A stretch of DNA of 64,000 nucleotides from Candidatus Delongbacteria bacterium (GTDB taxonomy: Bacteria > CAIWAD01): NCBI GenBank assembly GCA_963663545.1, contig OY760505.1:2688001-2752000 (forward strand). The letters are read 5' to 3'. Shown here in pieces: positions 30,601 through 38,322 of this stretch (positions are counted from its first letter, which is position 1; each line of letters starts with the position of its first letter). Position numbers and translations under genes: made by a program. The notes under the pieces are model-generated. The model was not told the DNA's origin, made no database searches, and saw only the letters and a program-made list of their open reading frames with translations.

Positions 30601-32183
30601 ACGATTGGGTCCTGCACGATTCCAACATGAGCCACAGCTTTGCTCTACATGACGCGTGTTTGGATGCCGGGGCCTACTTGGTCTTGGCCGAGGATATCGA
30701 CGCATTCATCGGAGTCTATGGCGAGAATGTGCCGGTAATTGGCAGCTTTGATTTCGGATTAAGTTCGAGTTCTGATTGTGTTCGGCTAACCAATCCACAA
30801 GGACAGCTATTAGTTGACGTCTGCTATTCAAACGGGACTCCTTGGCCTGAGCTTGCGCCCAACACAGGTTATAGCTTTGAGCTTTTCGACATAGAGGGAG
30901 TGCAAGACGATCCGGCCAACTGGATCGCATCCAGCGAAGCCTTGGGCAGTCCCGGCCTTGCTTCAGGATCAACGCTGCTTCCCGTTCTGGAGATGGACGG
31001 CGCTATGCGGCAAGACACACTCTGCCTTGCTAGCCCATTTCTATGGGATACTCTTCTGGTTCGAAACGTAGCTTCAACCGGTGGCGGCAATTTGCTGCTG
31101 TCGCGCACAGATGCCGATTCTCTTTCTCACCGCAGTTGGCTTCATCTCGACGGTACAGGAGGCCACGTATGCTGTGATACATCCCTTGCCGCTCCGGCAG
31201 TAAGCTATTACATGCGATTGCGTCCTGACTTCGACTACTTCGATACTTACCCATCAGGTGAGCGTTACGGTCTGTTTGGCTGGAATACAAACGGTGAGTT
31301 GGCGGAATTCACCTACGGTGGGTTGAAGCTATTAGTTAAAGGCGCCGGAACAGAATACTATTTGACATTCCAGCCTATGGGTCTGGTGGAGGGTGAATGG
31401 TGCGACATGCTTCTCACGCTCAATTCAGCGGCAGGTCTAATAGATCTGTATATAAATGGTGTGCTTGAATACAGTATGTCAGTAGCACCATGGCAGCAGC
31501 TGGAGCGAAGCACGTTCCGATTTGGAAGAAGGTCTTCGCCCTCTATCTTCAAGGGAGATATTGAGTCGTTCGCTTTATGGAACCAAGCCTTGGGAGTCGA
31601 GGAGGTAACTCTTCTTGCTCAGGGTATGCAACCGCAATATTTGCGGCGCGAGGTGTTGGTGGCTTCCTATCAATTTGATCGCTTCGAGGGAAATTTCGCG
31701 CTAGACGATAGCCCGAATAAACTTAATGGTCAATTGGTCTATTGTACTCCAGCGGACCACTTCCAGATGCAGATCCCAGCTCTTTCTGCCCCTTCTTCCG
31801 TATTGATCCACTCGGGCTCGACGCAAGCGTTGCCCATTTTCCTCTCATTGCAGGATCTTGACCCAGGACTGCATGATCTTACACTTACATACCAGACGAA
31901 CGATCCTTTGATGCAAGAGGCCACGCTTGTATATCGAATCCTGCTTGATAGTATGGGGGCTCTACCTACTCAGCTACGTATCATTAGAGATAACAACCAT
32001 CTTCGACTTGAATGGGAGTCTGTGCAGGGTGCAAGTTACTATCGAGTCGAGTGTCGTTCAGATTTCAATGGCGGATGGTCCCTGCTGACACAGACAAATG
32101 AGTCCTACCTCGATCTTGGAGTGGTAGAGACGATGAATCGGGCCTTTTACCGAGTTACTGCGATTTCTGACACTGTAGATTGA
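27606..32183 (+). CDS. Secreted CotH-family kinase-like protein with three lamin-tail domains, FN3-associated, LamG and C-terminal FN3-like modules
   Basis: Signal peptide; DWIE(I/L)YNP and DWVELYNP LTD motifs; YWTTDGS.P; CotH features LNGQYWG, NWDWPGNN, WRWILFDVD; LamG LYINGV...FKGDIESFALWN. Confidence 0.85.
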   Translation: MRTLYTVVLLATLTPMLAVAQTPVVNEILADNETILADDAGEYDDWIEIYNPGSSELQLAGMYFSDDFTDPQKFHLLPSDSSQTLVAPHGFLVLWCDGDPEQGPRHLDFSLGASGEEILITAADGSTLLEHIEFGQQQEDISIGRVPDGSSSIVSLTEPSPGASNGGGVLGIQINEFLCSNDSLLMTSDGEDYDWIELYNPLSTSLDGSEFYLSDDPAQPLMWQMPAVSIPAGQFFLVWASGLNSRDPEEAHTNFKLSSDSGFIGIYNALGEMQDCVSYDEQRCNISYGRPSGTPQEWAYFDVVTPLLENPTQGYAGFTPNPGIALPSGFYSGSVQVALQSNGGSVYWTTDGSVPDAQDDAYASPLTLNESTVVRARAFQSGLLPSRTVTCSYLLGFETDLPVVSLSMDPVDLWSDSTGIYVLGPNAEDTVPYFGANFWQDWEKAGHFEYFVNENRVADVDLGVKIAGNWSRYMPQKSMNLHCRSRYGGEDIEYPIFPDSQVNVFSHIKLRSSSQDYNRSKILDAYAQGLAKELDLEDQSYQPCVMFLNGQYWGIMNIRDKVGGDYLAYRQGVDPDRVDILDNTGTLINIVEGNNAAFQHLLNYLENHSLVDLSAYQYVESCVDIDEYIDYLIVEIFSANWDWPGNNHRFWRSQDGGRWRWILFDVDAGFFPSMLEENMLNHLMGEDEGPYNPPATTLLFRRLVENQEFCSKFIHRCSDILETCYEPGYADSLLDAYADRIESEIPRHLERWDSSGRDWAGYVESLRTFTHQRVPILQQQFVEFFELEGLSSLTLSCEPATGGWFEINQMTPVDGSWSGTLFAGITNRIKAVPHTGFRFVAWSDGEVHEERVLDLDPGVTDLVAIFESLQTPHFMSEGVYFGNGLAGDSLVALVTVSLEGTTSDTLALVTPSWIHAQPDHFTLLEGGEQEVTLTAAITSAEAQLDDLLLSTSSGGSASCWVAANVLPIVTEFKFQDTAQEVAGDWVELYNPYATSIHLDDWVLHDSNMSHSFALHDACLDAGAYLVLAEDIDAFIGVYGENVPVIGSFDFGLSSSSDCVRLTNPQGQLLVDVCYSNGTPWPELAPNTGYSFELFDIEGVQDDPANWIASSEALGSPGLASGSTLLPVLEMDGAMRQDTLCLASPFLWDTLLVRNVASTGGGNLLLSRTDADSLSHRSWLHLDGTGGHVCCDTSLAAPAVSYYMRLRPDFDYFDTYPSGERYGLFGWNTNGELAEFTYGGLKLLVKGAGTEYYLTFQPMGLVEGEWCDMLLTLNSAAGLIDLYINGVLEYSMSVAPWQQLERSTFRFGRRSSPSIFKGDIESFALWNQALGVEEVTLLAQGMQPQYLRREVLVASYQFDRFEGNFALDDSPNKLNGQLVYCTPADHFQMQIPALSAPSSVLIHSGSTQALPIFLSLQDLDPGLHDLTLTYQTNDPLMQEATLVYRILLDSMGALPTQLRIIRDNNHLRLEWESVQGASYYRVECRSDFNGGWSLLTQTNESYLDLGVVETMNRAFYRVTAISDTVD

Positions 32184-32277
32184 GCCCGGCGTCTGAATTG
32201 CCGATCTACGGAGGTAATTATATGTTTCAGCCCGGACGGAACGTGAGTTCCAGTAACCTTTAGAACAGGATGTCAAC

Positions 32278-33585
32278 ATGCTGAACCGAGTCCGAAACAA
32301 AGACTTCACCGTTGGCCTGGTAGGCCTTGGCTATGTGGGCCTTCCGCTGGCCCTCGAGTTCGTCGAGAATCAGATCAAGACTATCGGTTTTGAACTGGAC
32401 GGCAGCAAGTGTGAGAAGCTGCTGAAGGGCGAGAGCTACATCAAGCATATTCCGTCAACGCGCATTGCTGCGGCGGCAAAAAGTGGTTACCTGGATGCCA
32501 CAACTGATTTCGGTCGCCTGGGTGAGGCCGATGCTGTGTTGATTGCCGTTCCCACTCCCTTGAATCGTCATCACGAGCCGGATCTTGGACCCGTGATTGC
32601 CGCCACAGAGACCGTGGCCAAGACCCTGCGGAAGGGCCAACTGATTGTTCTTGAGTCCACCACCTGGCCAGGCACGGTTGAGGAAGTGATGCTGCCGATT
32701 CTCGAGGAGGCCAGTGGCCTCAAGGCTGGCGTTGACTTCTGGCTGGCTTTTAGCCCTGAGCGTGAGGATCCCAACAACCCCAAGTACAACACACGCACCA
32801 TCCCGAAGGTTGTCGGTGGTCATACACCTGAAGCCACCGACCTTGCGCTGGCCGTTTATGATCACGTGATTGTGCAGACCGTGCGTGTTTCCAGCACTCA
32901 GGCCGCAGAGGCTACCAAGCTGCTGGAAAACATCTACCGCGCCATCAATATCGCCCTGGTTAACGAGCTCAAGATGGTCTTTGACCGCATGGGCATTGAT
33001 GTGTGGGAAGTGATTGATGCCGCCAAGACCAAGCCCTTCGGCTTTCAGGCTTTTTACCCCGGTCCGGGCCTGGGTGGGCATTGCATTCCCATCGATCCCT
33101 TCTATTTGACCTGGAAAGCCAAAGAATTCAATATGTACACCCGTTTCATTGAGCTGGCTGGCCAGATCAATACCAAGATGCCGGAGTACGTGATTCAGCA
33201 GAGCATGGAAGCGCTGAACGAGCACGGCAAAAGCCTGCGTGGAGCGCGAGTATTGCTGGTGGGCATGGCCTACAAGAACGACATCGACGACCTCCGCGAG
33301 TCTCCCTCCATTGAACTGGTCCGCCTGCTGCTTGAGAAGGGTGCCGAGGTTTCTTATCACGACCCATACATCCCCAGCTATGTTGATGAGGCATGTCCCG
33401 AGATTCAGCTCGACGGGCAGCCTTTGACAAAGGAAGTGCTGGAGAATGTGGACATGGTGCTGATTTCTACCAACCATAGTGACGTGGATTACGAGATGAT
33501 CGTGCGTCACGCGGCTCTGGTTGTGGATACCCGCAATGCCACGAAGAACGTTACAGAAGGTCGCGAGAAGATCTACAAGGCCTGA
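32278..33585 (+). CDS. Nucleotide-sugar 6-dehydrogenase (UDP-GlcNAc dehydrogenase, WbpA/TviB-like)
   Basis: GLGYVGLPLA, LESTT.PG, FSPERED, KLLEN, GPGLGGHCIP, AYKNDIDDLRESP. Confidence 0.93.
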   Translation: MLNRVRNKDFTVGLVGLGYVGLPLALEFVENQIKTIGFELDGSKCEKLLKGESYIKHIPSTRIAAAAKSGYLDATTDFGRLGEADAVLIAVPTPLNRHHEPDLGPVIAATETVAKTLRKGQLIVLESTTWPGTVEEVMLPILEEASGLKAGVDFWLAFSPEREDPNNPKYNTRTIPKVVGGHTPEATDLALAVYDHVIVQTVRVSSTQAAEATKLLENIYRAINIALVNELKMVFDRMGIDVWEVIDAAKTKPFGFQAFYPGPGLGGHCIPIDPFYLTWKAKEFNMYTRFIELAGQINTKMPEYVIQQSMEALNEHGKSLRGARVLLVGMAYKNDIDDLRESPSIELVRLLLEKGAEVSYHDPYIPSYVDEACPEIQLDGQPLTKEVLENVDMVLISTNHSDVDYEMIVRHAALVVDTRNATKNVTEGREKIYKA

Positions 33586-33623
33586 TGTGTCACGCTGTGA
33601 TACAGCTTGTTTAGAGTAAACCG

Positions 33624-33659
33624 ACTGCCGCTTCCGACCTTCGGAGGCGGCAGTTTTTG
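33624..33659 (+). terminator. Intrinsic terminator-like hairpin between the dehydrogenase and the aminotransferase
   Basis: ACTGCCGCTTCCGA-CCT-TCGGAGGCGGCAGT (14-bp stem, one G-U pair) followed by a T run. Confidence 0.75.
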
Positions 33660-33671
33660 TTGAGGCAAAGT

Positions 33672-34835
33672 ATGAGTGAGCAAAAAGTTCCCTTCTGCCG
33701 GCCTGATGTGACACAGCGTGAAATAGATGAAGTCTGTGATACACTGCGCAGCGGCTGGTTGACTACAGGTCCAAAGACTCGTCGTTTCGAGGAGGCTTTT
33801 GCCGAGTATGCGGGAGCCAGACATGCGGTTGCGGTGAACTCATGCACGGCTGCACTTCATCTGGCTGTAGTAGCAGCCGGAGTAGACCGGGACGATGAAG
33901 TCATTACGACGCCGTACACTTTTGTCGCATCCAGTGAGGTCATCGTCTATCGTGGTGCTAAGCCGGTCTTTGTGGACATTGACCCGCGTACGCTTAATAT
34001 CGACGTATCACAACTCGAGGCAGCTATCACGCCGCGGACGAAGGCAATTGTACCCGTTCACATTGCCGGTCAGCCCGCCGATCTGGATGCCATCAACGCC
34101 ATTGCCAGCAAGCATGGCCTAGCCGTCATTGAGGATGCCGCGCACGCTACGGAGTCCATGTATCACGGGCGCAAGATCGGATCCATCGGTACGGCAACTG
34201 CTTTCAGTTTCTACGCCACAAAGAACCTGGCCACCGGCGAGGGCGGAATGCTGACCACCAACGATGAGGAATTCGCTGCCCGTGCCCGTGTGCTTTGCCT
34301 TCACGGTATGAGCAAGGATGCCTGGAAGCGCTACGACAAGGGCGGGAGCTGGTTCTATGAGATCGTGGAAACGGGCTACAAGTACAATATGACGGATATC
34401 CAGGCTGCGCTTGGCCTTGTCCAACTGGACAGAATCCACGAAATGCGTGAGAAACGCATGAGGTTGGTCTCTCGTTACAACGAGCTGCTAGGGCAGGATC
34501 CGGATGTGTTTGAACTTCCCTATGCTGATCCGCGTGATACACACGGATGGCATCTGTACCAATTGCGTCTGAATCTGCCGGCGCTCAAGATTGACCGCGC
34601 AAGTTTCATTGAGCAGTTGACTGCCCGCAATATTCAGCCCTCTGTGCATTTCATTCCGGTCCACCTTCATCCTTGGTACCGTGATACATTCGGCTACAAA
34701 GGCGGCGAATTCCCTGTGGCGGAAGCTCAGTACCTGCGCGAAGTAAGTCTGCCCATGTTCTCCAGCATGAGTCTAGAGCAGGCCACGTATGTGGCCGAGT
34801 CATGTCTGGCCATCGCCAAATCCAATAGGAAGTAA
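33672..34835 (+). CDS. DegT/DnrJ/EryC1/StrS PLP-dependent sugar aminotransferase
   Basis: SGWLTTGP, NSCTAALH, IEDAAHA, FSFYATKNL (PLP lysine), GYKYNM, SLP. Confidence 0.93.
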   Translation: MSEQKVPFCRPDVTQREIDEVCDTLRSGWLTTGPKTRRFEEAFAEYAGARHAVAVNSCTAALHLAVVAAGVDRDDEVITTPYTFVASSEVIVYRGAKPVFVDIDPRTLNIDVSQLEAAITPRTKAIVPVHIAGQPADLDAINAIASKHGLAVIEDAAHATESMYHGRKIGSIGTATAFSFYATKNLATGEGGMLTTNDEEFAARARVLCLHGMSKDAWKRYDKGGSWFYEIVETGYKYNMTDIQAALGLVQLDRIHEMREKRMRLVSRYNELLGQDPDVFELPYADPRDTHGWHLYQLRLNLPALKIDRASFIEQLTARNIQPSVHFIPVHLHPWYRDTFGYKGGEFPVAEAQYLREVSLPMFSSMSLEQATYVAESCLAIAKSNRK

Positions 34836-34836
34836 A

Positions 34837-35523
34837 ATGAGCCAGTCGGCAAACACACGCGTCCTTGTGCTGGCAGCACATCCCGATGATGAGTTGCTAG
34901 GGTGTGGTGGAACTTTGGCACTGCATGCTCAACAAGGGGATGAAATCCACTCCATCATCGTTTGCGAAGGGGAGTCCCTTCGATACGGAGAAGGCCAGGC
35001 TGGGCAGAAGGGGGCCATGCATAGGGCCGCTGAGATCCTGGGCGTAAGTCGCGTTGAGTGTCTTGGTTTTCCTGATCAGCGACTGGACACCTTCACGCTG
35101 ACGGATATCATCAGTCCGTTGGAGAAGGTTGCGCGCGAGCTGAAGCCACATCTTGTGTATTGCCAGTACGGAGGCGATATCAACCGAGATCACGAGTTGC
35201 TTTTCAAGGCGCTGTTAGTGGCAACACGTCCCACAGAGGAGTACATCCAGCAAGTTCTAGCCTTTGATACTGCGAGCAGTACCGAATGGGCCTATCCGCG
35301 CAGTTTTATCCCCGATACCTGGGTGGATATTTCCACGACATTGCAAACGAAGCTGAACGCAATGGCGTGCTACAAAAGCGAGCTTCGGGACTATCCGCAT
35401 CCGCGGTCGCTTGAAGCGCTGACGAACAAAGCGAAAGCCTGGGGAAACCAGGTTTGCCTTGAGGCTGCAGAAGTGTTTATGACAATTCGGAAGGTCTGCC
35501 GGGATGCACGCCCACCTGCTTGA
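34837..35523 (+). CDS. PIG-L/LmbE family N-deacetylase
   Basis: AAHPDDE..GCGGT, DINRDH, HPRS, AE.F. Confidence 0.88.
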   Translation: MSQSANTRVLVLAAHPDDELLGCGGTLALHAQQGDEIHSIIVCEGESLRYGEGQAGQKGAMHRAAEILGVSRVECLGFPDQRLDTFTLTDIISPLEKVARELKPHLVYCQYGGDINRDHELLFKALLVATRPTEEYIQQVLAFDTASSTEWAYPRSFIPDTWVDISTTLQTKLNAMACYKSELRDYPHPRSLEALTNKAKAWGNQVCLEAAEVFMTIRKVCRDARPPA

Positions 35524-36184
35524 TCGGCTTTGCGCCATTTCAGCCCTGATTCTGCTTTCGCCGCTTCTGGCCTTTGCCGCACTCGGGATCAAACTGACCA
35601 GCCGAGGGCCGGTACTCTATCACGCTCGTAGAGTTGGTCTGCATGGTGACGAGTTTACCATGTACAAGTTCCGTACTATGAAGATGGCCAAGGAGCAGGG
35701 CTCGCCTGTGACGCACAGTCATGACGATCGTATTTTCCCATTTGGTTCCTTTCTGCGCAGCACCAAGATTGACGAATTGCCGCAGCTGTGGAACATCGTG
35801 ATTGGCCAGATGTGCATTGTCGGACCGCGCCCCGAAGATCCTGGAATAGTCCGCGAGCACTACACGGATTGGCAGAAAGAAGTACTGAGTGTGACACCAG
35901 GATTGACGAGTCCGGGCAGTCTATATGACTACACGCATGGTCGCTTCTTAGTGTCCGGCGACGCCTCTGAGGATATCTATTTGAGCGAAGTCATGCCAAG
36001 ATTGTTGGCATTGGAGATTGTCTATCTCCGTAGCAGGAGTGTATTGACCGATCTTGGAATGATTGGCAGGACTCTCGCTGTCATCCTTGCGATCTCAACC
36101 GGAAAACGCCACTTCAAGTTGCCGCGTGAAATGCCAGCCGCCCTCCGGTTTTTGCAGCAAGCGGGTGAGATCGTAAGGCCGTAG
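35504..36184 (+). CDS. Initiating phosphoglycosyl transferase (PglC/WcaJ catalytic-domain type)
   Basis: Single hydrophobic helix LSPLL, KFRTM, FLR.TKIDELPQL.N, VGPRPE, PGLT. Confidence 0.9.
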   Translation: MHAHLLDRLCAISALILLSPLLAFAALGIKLTSRGPVLYHARRVGLHGDEFTMYKFRTMKMAKEQGSPVTHSHDDRIFPFGSFLRSTKIDELPQLWNIVIGQMCIVGPRPEDPGIVREHYTDWQKEVLSVTPGLTSPGSLYDYTHGRFLVSGDASEDIYLSEVMPRLLALEIVYLRSRSVLTDLGMIGRTLAVILAISTGKRHFKLPREMPAALRFLQQAGEIVRP

Positions 36185-36252
36185 AATTGCGGCTTGCTTG
36201 ACTCTTCAAGGTAAATGATGAATCTTCCTGCGATCAAACCACGAGGTACTGC

Positions 36253-38151
36253 GTGAATCTGTTCGAACGCCTGAATCCCCATCGCAGATTTTTCCTACTT
36301 GCCTTTGACACAATCCTGGCAGGCATTGTCTTTCTGCTGTCTTATTTCATCATCGGTGAAGGTCACATTCAAGCCGCCCAATTCCATGTGCTGTGGGGTG
36401 GTTGCCTTGTCATGGTACTGGTGCGTTTCATCGTCTTCGCGTCTTCCAACCTGGATCGAGGTATCATGCGTTATGCCTCAATCGAAGACTTGAAGGCAAT
36501 CTTTCGTGCCGTCTCCACGGGTACCCTGTTTGCGTACGGTATTTTCTTCCTCTTTCATTTGCTGAAGTGGATACCCTACCACGATGAGTTCATAGCGCAG
36601 ACGCAGACCTTGAAGTTCGTCTTGGCCGTAGACTACGTGTTCAATGTGCTTTTCATTGGCGGGAGCCGTTTTCTTGTTCGTGCTTTTCGTAGCTATCAAC
36701 CCACAGCAAATCCTGATCTGACAAGAGTTCTAATCGTCGGAGCGGGAGATTCCGGTGAGTCCATACTCCGCGAGATTCATTTCAACCCGCGATCCAACTA
36801 TGAGGTCGTGGGTCTGCTGGATGACGATCCCGCGAAGCAGCACAAGCAAATTCACGGTGTGCTTGTGCTTGGCACTACTAACGATCTCGCCAGTGTCTTT
36901 GAGACCTACGATGTTGACCAGGTCTTCATTGCGATTCCCAAGGCTACCCCTGAGTTGATCCGCCGCATTGTGGACCAATGCCGCGAGTACCAGGTCACTT
37001 TCCGTAAGCTGCCTGGCGTTCGACAGATGATCGACGGCCGTGTCACCGTTAGCCAATTGAAGGAAGTACAGCTTGAAGATCTGTTGGGCCGTGAGCCTGT
37101 GCAGCTGGATCTACCTTCCATCGGTCGCTTTATTACGGATCGTGTTGTCGTTATCACGGGCGCTGCTGGTTCCATTGGAAGTGAGCTATGTCGCCAGGTG
37201 CTGAGTTTTGATCCTGAGCAGCTCATCTGTCTGGATCATAGCGAGAACGGGCTCTACGCGCTTATGCAGGAGTTCCACGGCCGCAGTGATACAAGGCGCA
37301 TCGAACCGGTGGTCGGCTCTATCACGGATAAAGAACGCATGCGCTGGGTCTTTGACACTTTCAAACCCACTGTGATCTTCCACGCTGCTGCTCACAAGCA
37401 CGTGCCAATGATGGAGCGCAACCGCAGCGAGGCCGTGTACAACAATATTTACGGAACCCGTGTCCTGGTTGAGCTGGCCGACGAGTACCGCGTCGACAAG
37501 TTCGTCATGATCTCTACGGACAAGGCGGTGAATCCTACCAGCACCATGGGCGTGTGTAAGCGAGTGGCCGAGCTGATTGTACGCGATCGCAATCGCAGAT
37601 CCAGCACGCAATTCATGACGGTGCGTTTCGGCAATGTGCTGGGCAGCGCGGGTAGCGTGGTTCCCCTCTTCAAGCGACAGATTGCCGACGGTGGGCCGAT
37701 TACCATCACCCATCCCGACATCGAGCGCTACTTCATGACCATTTATGAGGCCGTTCAGCTTGTGATACAGGCAGCGGCCATGGGTGAAGGTGGCGAGATC
37801 TTCGTGCTCGAAATGGGCACGCCGATGAAGATCATCGACCTTGCCCGCAATCTGATCACGCTTTCGGGTTTGCAGCAGGGCGTGGATATCGACATTGAGA
37901 TTGTTGGCCTGCGGCCGGGTGAGAAAATGACTGAAGAACTGTGGGTTACAGACGAAGACCTCATTCCGACCGATCACCGCAAAATCAATGTCGCTGTTCC
38001 GTCGGCAGAGAGTTTTAATGGAGATCTTCTACTCCATATCGATAACTTGCTTGGGCATGTGAATCAGGTCAGCAACGATAGCCTTGTGGATTTGTTGCGT
38101 GAGATCGTTCCTTCCTATTCGCCAGTTAAGGGTGACAATAAGCGCTTCTAG
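36253..38151 (+). CDS. Membrane-bound UDP-GlcNAc 4,6-dehydratase (PglF/CapD/WbpM family)
   Basis: Four N-terminal TMs; GAAGSIGSELC, FHAAAHKHVP, STDKAVNP, VRFGNVLGS.GSV, RYFMTI.EA, LRPGEK. Confidence 0.93.
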   Translation: MNLFERLNPHRRFFLLAFDTILAGIVFLLSYFIIGEGHIQAAQFHVLWGGCLVMVLVRFIVFASSNLDRGIMRYASIEDLKAIFRAVSTGTLFAYGIFFLFHLLKWIPYHDEFIAQTQTLKFVLAVDYVFNVLFIGGSRFLVRAFRSYQPTANPDLTRVLIVGAGDSGESILREIHFNPRSNYEVVGLLDDDPAKQHKQIHGVLVLGTTNDLASVFETYDVDQVFIAIPKATPELIRRIVDQCREYQVTFRKLPGVRQMIDGRVTVSQLKEVQLEDLLGREPVQLDLPSIGRFITDRVVVITGAAGSIGSELCRQVLSFDPEQLICLDHSENGLYALMQEFHGRSDTRRIEPVVGSITDKERMRWVFDTFKPTVIFHAAAHKHVPMMERNRSEAVYNNIYGTRVLVELADEYRVDKFVMISTDKAVNPTSTMGVCKRVAELIVRDRNRRSSTQFMTVRFGNVLGSAGSVVPLFKRQIADGGPITITHPDIERYFMTIYEAVQLVIQAAAMGEGGEIFVLEMGTPMKIIDLARNLITLSGLQQGVDIDIEIVGLRPGEKMTEELWVTDEDLIPTDHRKINVAVPSAESFNGDLLLHIDNLLGHVNQVSNDSLVDLLREIVPSYSPVKGDNKRF

Positions 38152-38322
38152 TTCTATTCGTTTTCAGTGTGACACACGTGCTTCGTGCTTTCCGTTTGGT
38201 GGCACGGATCGGCTAGGTGCATGCATCGCGGCTAAGCGGCGGGATTGCTGTGTGTTGCGCAGTTTTGTAGACTAACGGGGTTCGCCGGGAACCATTTCCG
38301 GTGTAAAACAGAACGGGTAGCC

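Noticed and set aside
32455..33744. 429-aa antisense ORF over the sugar dehydrogenase
   Set aside because: Shadow ORF expected from codon bias on the coding strand; no motifs; almost fully overlaps a confident gene.
37186..37977. 263-aa antisense ORF within the PglF-like gene
   Set aside because: Same shadow-ORF pattern; no independent evidence.
38199..38216. Possible sigma-54 promoter (TGGCACG...) upstream of the C25 gene
   Set aside because: GG-to-GC spacing is 9 rather than 10 and the TTGC element is missing.
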